Assembly (NCBI GenBank): GCA_964422065.1
Contig: CAYQZW010000001.1
Span: 1 to 58,413, forward strand
Reading direction: 5' to 3'
DNA: 58,413 bases
Source: an uncultured bacterium
Lineage (GTDB): Bacteria > Hydrothermota > Hydrothermia > WGAB01
The notes beneath the pieces are model-generated. The model worked only from the letters and a program-made list of their open reading frames with translations, had not been told where the DNA came from and did not search any database. Every line of letters starts with the position of its first letter. Positions within the stretch are counted from its first letter, which is position 1. Below, piece after piece: positions 29,073 to 38,070 of this stretch. The translations under genes and the position numbers were made by a program.

Positions 29073-30227
29073 TCAGGACCGCTCCCACAAAATGCAAGCG
29101 ATCGGCATAGCCTTTGCTTCATAAGCAGAGACCAGGAAATCCTTCAGGTCCTGACGCAGGGTTTTCCCCGGGACGATGAAAAGGATCACCTTGTGTACAG
29201 CGTGGAGTGCGAACACGGCCGGGGAGTGTTTGGGGAGGGGACCCCCAAAGACAAAGGTCACCCGGGAGTCTCCCTGAGAGGGCAGGGATTCATGACCTTC
29301 CCGAAGCCCTTCCACACGCTCGACAGCGAATTCCATCCCCACAGGTTCCCATGCCTGTTGGATCGTTCCGCGGACCTCCTCCTCTGAAAGTCCCTCAAAC
29401 CAGGCCACCAAAACCCGATCGCCTGGGCGAAGAGCCTTCGCTAAGGCATGGGTAATGTTTGGAAGATCGGCTCCTGTCTGATACCTGACGAGGGGTAAAT
29501 CCGCTGAAATGCGTTGGACATCCAAAGGCGTTTGTACCCAGGGGTTCCGGATTTCCCGGAAGACCCCCCACCCCCATAAGACGGTCCAGGCGAGAATCAT
29601 CGAAAGCAAGACGTTCAGCGTCGTTTTGGGGCTGGATTTCTTTTTGGGAGGGTGTGCGTAATCCAGGACCTTTAAGAAGGGTTTGATGGGACTGATTTTC
29701 AGGGAATCGTTCAACGCTTCCACCACCTGGATGTACGCATTGGTGATCTGTGCGGCAAGACGAGGGTCTCGGGCCTTGAACTGAACCTCAATCGTCCCCA
29801 GTTGTAAATCTACCCCCACATGTAAGCGTTTGTGGGCTTCCTTTAAAAGATCCTCCCGATGGGTCTTGTTCCACAAGGTGTCCAAACGGAACTTTTGGAT
29901 GATATCCCAGGAGACCCGGTCGCTCTGGAACATGGCCAAGACCACTTCTGTGGGGGTGGCGCTCCCGCTGAGGCCGGGGACCAATCCTTTGATGAACTGC
30001 AGGCTCCCCCCTAACAGTTCTTCAGTGGGAGGCAAGATCACGGCCTTCGCCTCATAGGTTTTGGGCCAGATGAAGAGGGAGACTAAGCCTACGATCACCC
30101 CTACCGCCACCGTCCCTCCCAAAATTTGACGGGCATATTTCCTGAAGATCCCCCATAGGATCGAGAAGTTGAGGGTCGCTCCTTCCAGTTCTGGGGGCAG
30201 ATCCATGAGCGGAGCCTGGGGATTCAT
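29073..30227 (-). CDS. Wzz/chain-length-determinant protein with a degenerate BY-kinase-like C-terminal domain
   Basis: Wzz N-terminus (FRKYARQILGGTVAVGVIVGLVSLFIWPKTYEAKAVILPP), a second TM, then a ~140-aa tail with P-loop-NTPase-like strand order but no GK[ST]. RBS GGGAGGTG. Confidence 0.65.
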   Translation of the reverse strand: MNPQAPLMDLPPELEGATLNFSILWGIFRKYARQILGGTVAVGVIVGLVSLFIWPKTYEAKAVILPPTEELLGGSLQFIKGLVPGLSGSATPTEVVLAMFQSDRVSWDIIQKFRLDTLWNKTHREDLLKEAHKRLHVGVDLQLGTIEVQFKARDPRLAAQITNAYIQVVEALNDSLKISPIKPFLKVLDYAHPPKKKSSPKTTLNVLLSMILAWTVLWGWGVFREIRNPWVQTPLDVQRISADLPLVRYQTGADLPNITHALAKALRPGDRVLVAWFEGLSEEEVRGTIQQAWEPVGMEFAVERVEGLREGHESLPSQGDSRVTFVFGGPLPKHSPAVFALHAVHKVILFIVPGKTLRQDLKDFLVSAYEAKAMPIACILWERS

Positions 30228-30356
30228 GCATCACCTCCCTGGATGACCCGACCATGGGGAGGAAGACTTGTCAGCCTGTGTCTGCCCAGCCGTCCTATCG
30301 CCTCTTGATTCACCTTCATGTTCACGCCCACACTCTACCGGTTTGAAACGGTCTAA

Positions 30357-30428
30357 AGGGGTGCGTATTCACCGGTTCTAATTGTACAGGAAGGTCGCAA
30401 GACACGGTGAAAGCCTGAACGCACCCCT
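30357..30428. repeat. nested inverted repeat (10 bp + 7 bp) enclosing a TACAAT -10-like element
   Basis: AGGGGTGCGT (30357-66) pairs with ACGCACCCCT (30419-28); TTCACCG (30368-74) pairs with CGGTGAA (30405-11). The loop contains ATTGTACA (30381-88). The element lies between the beta-helix gene stop and the wzz start. Confidence 0.6.
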
Positions 30429-30451
30429 CAATACCCCAAACAAGGCCCAGT

Positions 30452-32134
30452 CTATGTTCGGTTCACAATCACGTCGTCTAAGAGGTACTTCGAGGAATCC
30501 GTACCCAAGTGAAGGAAGGTGATCCGGAGGGTATGATAGCCGGGTGGGATGACCACATAAGGAGGGCTTTGGACCGTCCATGAGGTCTGTTCCGACCGGA
30601 ATGTCCATACCGTCCATGTTGTGTCCAGAGAAGCATTGGAAGAGGAAAGCGAAAACTGCACTTTGAGTTCATTGGGCGAGGGTGAGGGAATCGCCTTCCC
30701 CCAGGCTTGAATCCAGATGACATCTCCAGGAGCGACCGCAAGGGTTTGGGAGAGGGAACTCTTGCCTTGGAACACGAAGCAAGAATCTCCGTTTTGAGCA
30801 ACGGACGGGCCTCCTACACTGACCCGACCGCTTGTCTCCCATCCTTTCAGTCCCTGTTCTGCGCCGCCGTTGATCAATTCGTTGAGGGAGGAGGCGATGA
30901 CATACATGCCTCCCCAATCGCTATACGTACGGATACCCTTCGCATAGACCGCTCCTCCTCCTGCGACCAGGACACGATTCCCGTCGTGGCGTTCTGGCTG
31001 GTAGTAGGGCTGTCGGAAGGTATAGAGATCCCGCAGGATCAGTCCACCACGTCGTGCCTCTGGCGAGACCCAAAAGATCGCGCGGTCAAAGATCCCACTC
31101 CCCGTGGGTTTCCCTAAGACCAGTTCGGTTTGCGAGATGGAGAGTAGGGCATCCTTCCCTTCCACGACCGCAAATCGGTAGGGAGGTCGGCTTTGGCCCG
31201 GGTTTTCAAAGTGGGATTGACTAACCCAGACTCGGGCATCGTTCAATATCTTCAGGGTGTGATTGAGGAAGGAACAGCCCTCGAAATGAAACTCGCCGGT
31301 CGCCAGAACGGTCTCACCGCCGGAAAGCACGCTATTGAGGATCCGCATGTTCTCACCGAAGTCCCGGACCTCCGGGGGGAACGGTGGTGCGAAGAAAAGG
31401 GTATCGTTTTGGGAGAGCAAGGCATTCTCCACTGTGATGCGCCAGGTATGGTTCCCAAACCGGATTGCGACGGGGAACCCGTGGATTTCCAAATTTTGGA
31501 GCAAGAAGAAGGCGTTGCGCGTAGGTTCTTGAGCCCTCGCATCCGGGCATTGATGTGGGTCCAGTGGGCCAATCCAGAGTGCCACGCGCGGGGCACGAGT
31601 GCCTGGCCTGTCTCCGGGAATTAACGAGATGCCGGAAAAGAAGCCCAGTTGGCGGCCCCATAAATTCTCGCCCCTTTGAAAGTGGTACTGAAGAGAAGAG
31701 TAGAGTCGGACCAGATAGGAACAGGATTTCTCGGATTCCTTCGTGGGGAAAACCGCTTGAAAAATGGCTCCACGCCCCTCAATGGAGACCACAGAAAGGT
31801 CGATCTCCAGAGGTTGTTCCAGCAGGTAGATCCCACTGGGAAACCAGAGTACTGTTCGCTTGAACCGGGAGGCCCGGTCGACCCGTTTCCCTCGTCCAAG
31901 GATTTGGAACGCTTGCGCCTGAAGGGAGTCTACCACCCGTTGAAGGGTTTTTCCATCCACCTTGGAGTCATTGGGGAAGATGCCCCACTGGGTGACAGGG
32001 AGGACGGTCGGAGGAGTCATTGGACGTCCCCAAAGGAATCCGCAGCCCAAAGCCAGCAGGAAGAGCACACCCCTGGCCTTGAAGAATTGAAGTGTCCCGA
32101 CTTTTGGCCTACTCTCGGGATTACACATAGCCAT
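30452..32134 (-). CDS. right-handed beta-helix (pectate-lyase-superfamily-like) protein with a C-terminal CBM4/9-like domain
   Basis: The N-terminus has a possible lipobox LALGC. The central region resembles parallel beta-helix glycanases. The C-terminal NGGAEQGLKGWETSG...YLLDDVIVN is jelly-roll CBM-like. The start is uncertain (32134, 32128 or 32167). Confidence 0.55.
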   Translation of the reverse strand: MAMCNPESRPKVGTLQFFKARGVLFLLALGCGFLWGRPMTPPTVLPVTQWGIFPNDSKVDGKTLQRVVDSLQAQAFQILGRGKRVDRASRFKRTVLWFPSGIYLLEQPLEIDLSVVSIEGRGAIFQAVFPTKESEKSCSYLVRLYSSLQYHFQRGENLWGRQLGFFSGISLIPGDRPGTRAPRVALWIGPLDPHQCPDARAQEPTRNAFFLLQNLEIHGFPVAIRFGNHTWRITVENALLSQNDTLFFAPPFPPEVRDFGENMRILNSVLSGGETVLATGEFHFEGCSFLNHTLKILNDARVWVSQSHFENPGQSRPPYRFAVVEGKDALLSISQTELVLGKPTGSGIFDRAIFWVSPEARRGGLILRDLYTFRQPYYQPERHDGNRVLVAGGGAVYAKGIRTYSDWGGMYVIASSLNELINGGAEQGLKGWETSGRVSVGGPSVAQNGDSCFVFQGKSSLSQTLAVAPGDVIWIQAWGKAIPSPSPNELKVQFSLSSSNASLDTTWTVWTFRSEQTSWTVQSPPYVVIPPGYHTLRITFLHLGTDSSKYLLDDVIVNRT

Positions 32135-32939
32135 AGACTTCCAGCCAATGTCCGGCCAAGTTCTCAAAGAGATTGAGCAGTTCCCGGGTAAAATGGGCTT
32201 CCCACTGTCGGGTTTGTCCTTTGCGAAACGTCGGGCTCCGTTTGGAAACCAGTTGTGAGAGGATCCACTGACGGGTTGCCGGGTCTAAGGGGAGCCCCAG
32301 AAATTCGTAGAGTCTCTCTAAGGTTTGGATCTGGGTTTCCTGCCGACCCCCTCCATGAGGACCGACCAGGTCTTCAAAGCGCAAAAGGTGGATCTCGGGA
32401 CGTAGCCAACCCGAGAATCTCTCCAGTTTTTCGGCAATCGAGGGGTACCGGAGTGGGGGATATCCCTCGATCGCGATCCGCAGACACTTCTGGATGTCGC
32501 CCTGGCTTCGGAAAAAGTCGTGCAGAGGATGTCCGGACCAACGCCAAATGAAAAAGGTATCCGATACGACGATATCTCGTGGGTCACGGACCATGAAAAT
32601 CGTCCGAATCCCCATCCTTTGAAGCATCGGCATATAGGCATCATCGTAATAGAGATGACTCAACAGCACTTCCCCGGGTCGAAGTTTTTCCAAAAGCCGA
32701 GGCATCCCGCCATAGCGCTCCACATTTTCATCGGTAATTTTCGGGAGGAGTTTCCGATAAAGTCTGGGATGGAGGCAGAGCGCACGTTCTAACAGATGGG
32801 TTCCCGCTTTGGGGATGCTGACGGAGAAGATTTTAGGTTCTCTCCGATTGGAGATCCGTGCCCACACCTTCCTCGGTGTCAGGCCGAAACGATCGAAATC
32901 CCAATAACTTTTGGGCAACCGCAACGTCTCGATTTTCAT
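32121..32939 (-). CDS. PAPS-dependent sulfotransferase family protein
   Basis: 5'-PSB-like loop SIPKAGTHLL and 3'-PB-like FMVRDPRDIVVS. Start moved to MKIETL (ATG 32939). Confidence 0.75.
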   Translation of the reverse strand: MKIETLRLPKSYWDFDRFGLTPRKVWARISNRREPKIFSVSIPKAGTHLLERALCLHPRLYRKLLPKITDENVERYGGMPRLLEKLRPGEVLLSHLYYDDAYMPMLQRMGIRTIFMVRDPRDIVVSDTFFIWRWSGHPLHDFFRSQGDIQKCLRIAIEGYPPLRYPSIAEKLERFSGWLRPEIHLLRFEDLVGPHGGGRQETQIQTLERLYEFLGLPLDPATRQWILSQLVSKRSPTFRKGQTRQWEAHFTRELLNLFENLAGHWLEVYGYV

Positions 32940-33179
32940 GGGTATGATGGTGCCAACAAAGAATAAAGGGAAATTTCCGAGAAAACGATCCCTCTTCCCT
33001 TCCGATACAGACCGTTTCTTCTCTCTTTGGCACTCCAAGGGTTGGGGAAGTGGTCCCGTCAGCTCGTCCCTCTACCCAGACTCTCCCCTTTACCCGTTCG
33101 AATCCGCACACTCTTTCGTTCTCCTACTCGGTGTTTGGACCCTTCGGATTGTCCAAGGAGGCGGGTTCGCCTGTACAAC

Positions 33180-34007
33180 CTACTTCGTGTGTTCTTCTTT
33201 CAGCAAGAAGGCTTCGGACAGGGGGAAGAAGTGGTCTGCAGCCTCGCGCAGTTCGTGCGACAGGGTGTGCAGGAACGAGTAGACCTCAACCCGGACCCCC
33301 TTCCGTTTCAGCATCCGGACGACCGGGGCAAAGTCACCGTCGCCAGAAATGAGCGCAATGATATCCAGGTAATCCGCGTCCTCAATCATATCCACGGCCA
33401 TCCCGAGATCCCAGTTGCCCTTTTGATTGCCGTCGTAAAAGACCTTAATGACCTTGGTCCGGAGTTGGAACCCGTAATTCTCCAGTGCTCGGAGAAACTT
33501 CTCTTGGTCGTGGACGTTCGGGTTAATGACCACATAGGCGTTCGCTTTTGCCAGGGTCCGACCCGCGACAATCCACTCTTTCAGCCGTTTGTAGTCAATT
33601 TTGCCGCCCAGGTCCTTGGCCGCGTAATACAGGTTCTGGATATCTACGTAGATCCCCAGCCGGTTTCCACGCTTCTTGAGGGGTGTCCCTGGCCCCTGTC
33701 CCACGGACAGGAGTTCGCGGACCGTGGTCATCTCCGCAAGGAGTTCCCGGAGGGTATGTTCCAGGTTGATGAGATGCCCTTCAATCCGTTCTACCCGTTC
33801 AATGATCGGGTGTTCCCAATCCCTCTGGCGCCGGGCAGGCTCTTCCGAGGTCCCCTCGCCTTCAGCCCGGGAGCCGGAGGGCTGTAGGGATGGGGATATG
33901 GACTTTTGGCCCTCCTCCTGCTGTACAAGCCTCTCGGGTTGGAGTGGGGAGGGAACGGAGTGTGAAGGCTGGAGATCTTCGACCTTTTTCCCATTTTTCT
34001 TTGCCAT
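33180..34007 (-). CDS. NYN/LabA-like (DUF88) domain protein with a low-complexity/coiled-coil N-terminal extension
   Basis: LGIYVDIQNLYY...NWDLGMAVDMIE...ALISGDGDFAPVV are NYN/LabA hallmarks. Confidence 0.75.
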   Translation of the reverse strand: MAKKNGKKVEDLQPSHSVPSPLQPERLVQQEEGQKSISPSLQPSGSRAEGEGTSEEPARRQRDWEHPIIERVERIEGHLINLEHTLRELLAEMTTVRELLSVGQGPGTPLKKRGNRLGIYVDIQNLYYAAKDLGGKIDYKRLKEWIVAGRTLAKANAYVVINPNVHDQEKFLRALENYGFQLRTKVIKVFYDGNQKGNWDLGMAVDMIEDADYLDIIALISGDGDFAPVVRMLKRKGVRVEVYSFLHTLSHELREAADHFFPLSEAFLLKEEHTK

Positions 34008-34135
34008 TGACGCATCACCTCTCTTTTTAAACTTTTGATAACCTCGAATAAGCCGTCTGTCTGATCATAATTGTACAGCATCTATGTGCTGATTCCTATG
34101 GAAGCCAAGGGCTTGGAACACTGGAACGGTGTTCC

Positions 34136-35689
34136 TTAGGAGGAGATGGGGATCTTGAGACGCTGGCCGGGTTGCAAACGGCGGGGGTTACGGATTCCGT
34201 TCATCCGCATGAGTTCGCGGACCGAGACCTGATACCGCCTGGCGATCTCCGAAAGGGTGTCCCCCCGCTGAACCCGATAGGTGAGATATCCCGTCTTTTG
34301 CGGGTAAGCCACGAGCCGCTGCCCTGGATGCAACGTGTTTGTCTTCAGACGGTTCCACTTTTTCAGGTCCGAGACCGTGACCCCGAGACGTCGTGCGATT
34401 TCCCAAAGGGTATCCCCTCGCCGGACCGTTACGACGACCTTACCCTCTGAAGAGGGGTCCGGGGACCGGTCCGCCACAGCAGTGCCCACCGTTCGACTGC
34501 CCCGAGTTCCGGGTACCGGGATCCACAGGAGTTGCCCCACCCGTAGATATCGGGGGTTCCGGAGGTGGTTGGCCCGCGCAATCGCGTGCATAGACACCCC
34601 ATACTTGCGCGCTATGGTCCAGAGACTCTCCCCTTTCCGCACTCGGTGCAGCAACTTCGTCACCCACCGGGATCGCGGGGTCTTTTCCATGCCGGCCAGC
34701 ACTTGCGACACTGTCCCCTTCGGGACCCGCAGGTAGAAGTTCTTGAGATCCGGCGGCGTGGCCCATCGCAGGAACTGCGGGTTGAGATCCCGGATCACCC
34801 TTTCCGTGGTACCCGCCCATTCCGCGACCTTTCTGAGTTCGACCTGGGCCGGGATGAGAACAGAGTCGTAGACCCAGGGATCAGCCGTTGTGGAGTCCAG
34901 AGTGAGACCATAGGAAGCCGGATTTTTCAGAAGGAGCAAGACCGCGAAGAATGCAGGGACATAGTTCCGGGTCTCCCGCGGGAGCCGGCGTCGGACTTCC
35001 CAGAAATCGTCCCCACCAGTCCGTTGAAGGATCCTCCGAACTTTGCCCTCTCCGACATTGTAAGCGGCGAGCGCCAGGTCCCACCGCCCGAACGCGGTAT
35101 AGAGGTCCCGAAGATACGCAATGGCGGCCTGTGTAGACCGGATCGGATCTCGCCGTTCATCGACCCACCAATCTACTCGGAGCCCATATTTCCGGGCTGT
35201 CCCCCGCATGAATTGCCAGATGCCGACAGCCCCGGCCCGGGATCTCGCCCTGGGGTTAAACCCGCTCTCCACTAACGGCAGGTAAGCCAGATCCCTCGGC
35301 AGTCCAGACGCTTCAAAGAGACGGAGAATGACGGGCAAGTACCGTAAGCCGCGGCGATAGAACCGCTCCAGGGTGGCCCGACCCGGGCCCCGATAGAACT
35401 CCAACCATCGGATCACCGCTTCCTCGTCCTGAGGGACCTTGAGATGGAAGACCTCCAACTGGGCTTCCAGACGTCCCTGTTCGGCTCGTAAGATCGCTTG
35501 AAGGGTCGACTCCGGGATCGAGGCGCCAAATGCAGCCCCTTCCTCTAAGACCACCTCCGTCTCCGAAGGCAGGGAGTCCGATGGATACAGGGGGAGTTCG
35601 GGATCTGAAGACCCCGAATGGCGTCCATGCCACACGGGGGTACACGAGACCCCGATCAGGGCAAGAAGGAAAAACAGGTGGGGTTTCAT
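34136..35689 (-). CDS. membrane-bound lytic murein transglycosylase (MltD-like) with three LysM domains
   Basis: SLT motif [25 protein letters not shown]. LysM repeats [36 protein letters not shown] and [18 protein letters not shown]. Confidence 0.85.
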   Translation of the reverse strand: MKPHLFFLLALIGVSCTPVWHGRHSGSSDPELPLYPSDSLPSETEVVLEEGAAFGASIPESTLQAILRAEQGRLEAQLEVFHLKVPQDEEAVIRWLEFYRGPGRATLERFYRRGLRYLPVILRLFEASGLPRDLAYLPLVESGFNPRARSRAGAVGIWQFMRGTARKYGLRVDWWVDERRDPIRSTQAAIAYLRDLYTAFGRWDLALAAYNVGEGKVRRILQRTGGDDFWEVRRRLPRETRNYVPAFFAVLLLLKNPASYGLTLDSTTADPWVYDSVLIPAQVELRKVAEWAGTTERVIRDLNPQFLRWATPPDLKNFYLRVPKGTVSQVLAGMEKTPRSRWVTKLLHRVRKGESLWTIARKYGVSMHAIARANHLRNPRYLRVGQLLWIPVPGTRGSRTVGTAVADRSPDPSSEGKVVVTVRRGDTLWEIARRLGVTVSDLKKWNRLKTNTLHPGQRLVAYPQKTGYLTYRVQRGDTLSEIARRYQVSVRELMRMNGIRNPRRLQPGQRLKIPISS

Positions 35690-36171
35690 CCTTGCTTGTA
35701 TCCGATTTGCCGGAGAAAGGCCGTACGCTTCTGGATATCTTCCTCCCCTTCCACCCCCAACGGGGTCCCTCCATCCACGACGCCCAGGACCCCACGACCC
35801 TGTTCGGTCTCCGCGACAATGACCTCCAGGGGGTTGGCAGTTGCTGCGAAGATTCGAACCACCTCCGGCACAGACTTCACCGCATTCAACACGTTGATGG
35901 GGTAAGCGTTCCCGAGGAAGATGAGGAACGTGTGTCCGGCGCCGATCCGCTCGAGGTTCTGGATGGCCAGGGTCTCCAAGTCTGGATCGGTCCCCGTGTG
36001 TCGGATCAACCGAGGCCCGGAGGACTCACAGAACGCCAGTCCGAACTTGATGCCCGGAACACTGGTGACCAACGCCTCGTAAAGGTCCTCCACGGTCTTG
36101 ATGAAATGGGCCTGGCCAAAGATCAGGTTCACATCGTCTGGTTTTTCGATTTTGATGACGTTCAGTTCCAT
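35686..36171 (-). CDS. adenosine-specific kinase family (PF04008-like) protein
   Basis: 161 aa. [34 protein letters not shown] matches my recollection of this family. 4-nt overlap with the MltD-like gene. Confidence 0.6.
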   Translation of the reverse strand: MELNVIKIEKPDDVNLIFGQAHFIKTVEDLYEALVTSVPGIKFGLAFCESSGPRLIRHTGTDPDLETLAIQNLERIGAGHTFLIFLGNAYPINVLNAVKSVPEVVRIFAATANPLEVIVAETEQGRGVLGVVDGGTPLGVEGEEDIQKRTAFLRQIGYKQG

Positions 36172-36250
36172 GGTGCACCTCCGGTCCTCCGTATAGAGTA
36201 AACTCCAAATTTCCTGACTTCAAGGAAAAGCACGGCAAGAGGGGGAGCCG

Positions 36251-36709
36251 TTACCCCTTCAGGAAGTCCGAAAGGGCCTGATAAAGGGTGTCGAGATCGG
36301 GGATCTGTTGAAGGCCAGGGAGTGGAGTCTGCCAATGGACTGCAAGGACAGGCTTTCCCAGCCTAAGGGCCATTGTCACTTCGGTGCGCGTCCCGGGGCT
36401 TTCGCCCACCGCGACCATGAGGTCACAGGCCTGTGCCAGCAGATAGTTCCGGAACGGCCCCAGTCCGGTCGGCAACGCAACGCTCAGGTAGGGATTCCCG
36501 TCCGTCTTCGTGTGGGTCGGCAACAGGCCGATGCAGATCCCACCCGCTTCCTGAACCCCTTTGGCCGTGGCCTCCATCACCCCGCCCATACCGCCGTTCA
36601 GGACCACGACTTCAGGGTGTTTTCCAAGGAATTGGCCGATCTGATAGGCGCTTTCGTAGACCTGGCGGTCGGGTTGACTCGGCCCGACAACGGCGATCAA
36701 GGTGGGCAT
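36251..36709 (-). CDS. TIGR00725-family / LOG-like (SLOG) protein
   Basis: IAVVGPS...VVLNGGMGGVMEATAKGVQEAGGICIGLLP...FRNYLL...VAVGESPGTRTEV. Start at ATG 36709; the longer ORF start would run into the tRNA. Confidence 0.75.
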   Translation of the reverse strand: MPTLIAVVGPSQPDRQVYESAYQIGQFLGKHPEVVVLNGGMGGVMEATAKGVQEAGGICIGLLPTHTKTDGNPYLSVALPTGLGPFRNYLLAQACDLMVAVGESPGTRTEVTMALRLGKPVLAVHWQTPLPGLQQIPDLDTLYQALSDFLKG

Positions 36710-36721
36710 AGAAGAAAAGAG

Positions 36722-36796
36722 TCGGGGCGAGTGGATTCGAACCACCGACCTCTTGGTCCCGAACCAAGCGCGCTAACCTGGCTGCGCTACGCCCCG
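36722..36796 (-). tRNA. tRNA-Pro (anticodon CGG), no encoded CCA
   Basis: Folded by hand: acceptor CGGGGCG/CGCCCCG, D stem GCGC/GCGC, anticodon stem CTTGG/CCAAG with loop TTCGGGA, T arm GGTGG-TTCGAAT-CCACT, discriminator A. 75 nt. Confidence 0.95.
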
Positions 36797-36813
36797 ACTT
36801 CTACAGCCTCAAT

Positions 36814-36842
36814 ATTGTACACGGCTTTGGAAAACACCACAA
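36814..36842 (-). promoter_or_regulatory. promoter TTGTGG-17-TACAAT upstream of tRNA-Pro
   Basis: Minus strand reads TTGTGG (36842-37), 17 nt, TACAAT (36819-14). The -10 ends 17 nt before the mature tRNA 5' end. Confidence 0.5.
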
Positions 36843-37049
36843 GACCGCGATGCCTGTGCTGACCCCTCCCCTGGGAGACCGTCCAAGGCCAATCCCCAGG
36901 CCATGGTGTGCCCCTGATCAGTCCTCATCCCCGGTACATTTCATCGTTCTGTGTCCATCCGTTCCGTGGAATTCTTGGTCTTTCGACCGGTTGACCCCAT
37001 TTAGATAAGCCCCTTCAGCCCCCATCCCTCTCGTAAGAGAAGCAGGACC

Positions 37050-38060
37050 TCAGGGGATTGTGGCGTTCTGTTTGACCTCCTGGAAGGCGTCGAGGAGGGT
37101 CTGCCAGACGACCTCTGGGCGGCCGGGTCGAATGTAGGACATCGCGGCCGTGGCCCGGAAGCTCCACGCCATCAAATTCAAGACCCCAGCGTCTACGGCG
37201 CCCCGAACAGCGTACCGGACATCTTCTTCGGTCCCTTCTGGGATCTTAAAGGCCTGAATCCAGATCTGGGGCTCCTTCTGGTGGGCAGTGGCCAGGGCTT
37301 TGACCCGTTTCGCAAACGTGTGGACATGCGCGTATACCTGGTCTTTACGCAAGCCTAAGACAACCCAGTAGGGGTCGGTTCCGATGATGTCCAGGGCTTC
37401 AATTTGGAAGAAGGATTCCCAATGCAGCCATTCCTCCTCGCGGGGGAGTAAGCAGAGAGAGGTTTTTAGCCCCAGGGTCTTGGCGGTCTCGGCGAGGTCC
37501 TGGATAAGGCGGCGGAGGGAGCGGAGACGGAAGGTCTGGACCTCCGGGGTCAGGATCTGGGGCATGGGCTCTCCGAATTCTTCTTGAAATTGGTGCTGGC
37601 ATACCGGACACCGGCAGGCCCAGGCCTCATGACTTCGTCCAAAGAAATGAGGTTCGTCTAAGAAGACGCCATCGGCTCCGATATCAGCCGCATGTCGGAT
37701 CCACGCTTCAAGAAATGTGCGGGTTTTCGGATGATTCGGGCAGGCTGCGGGGACTGGAGAGCCATCTGCACGCTGTTGGTTCGCCTCTCGTACTTCTGCA
37801 ACGAACTTTGAGAACGCTTCCCCGCCGAAGATGCCTGCAACTCCCCAGGGGTCGGCATAGACTTCCAGCCCATAGGCCTTGGAGCGCGATACGATCTCTG
37901 CCATGGTCCCCTTGTAGAACGTGACGTCATTCTCGGAGAAGGTATGCACCACGACGTCCAGCCCCGCCTGGGCCATTTCCTCCAGATCTTCGGCCACGTG
38001 ACGCAGATCCCGAACCCCAAAATACGAGACCCCTACCGTGATCTTTCGGGCCATGGACAC
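37050..38060 (-). CDS. hypothetical protein, possibly a TIM-barrel glycosidase-like fold
   Basis: 336-aa ORF with alternating beta/alpha character and a CxxC (CRCPVC). No family motif confidently recognised. Confidence 0.4.
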   Translation of the reverse strand: MSMARKITVGVSYFGVRDLRHVAEDLEEMAQAGLDVVVHTFSENDVTFYKGTMAEIVSRSKAYGLEVYADPWGVAGIFGGEAFSKFVAEVREANQQRADGSPVPAACPNHPKTRTFLEAWIRHAADIGADGVFLDEPHFFGRSHEAWACRCPVCQHQFQEEFGEPMPQILTPEVQTFRLRSLRRLIQDLAETAKTLGLKTSLCLLPREEEWLHWESFFQIEALDIIGTDPYWVVLGLRKDQVYAHVHTFAKRVKALATAHQKEPQIWIQAFKIPEGTEEDVRYAVRGAVDAGVLNLMAWSFRATAAMSYIRPGRPEVVWQTLLDAFQEVKQNATIP

Positions 38061-38070
38061 CTCCTGGGTT

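Noticed and set aside
30357-30428. An invertible promoter (inverton) controlling the polysaccharide locus, suggested by inverted repeats flanking a -10-like box.
   Set aside because: The segment between the arms is only ~52 bp, far shorter than known invertible promoters. No site-specific recombinase gene is nearby. It is kept only as a hairpin/regulatory repeat.
36710-36745. The longer start (36745) for the TIGR00725 ORF.
   Set aside because: It would make the CDS overlap the 3' third of tRNA-Pro on the same strand. The conserved family N-terminus (IAVVG) begins right after ATG 36709.
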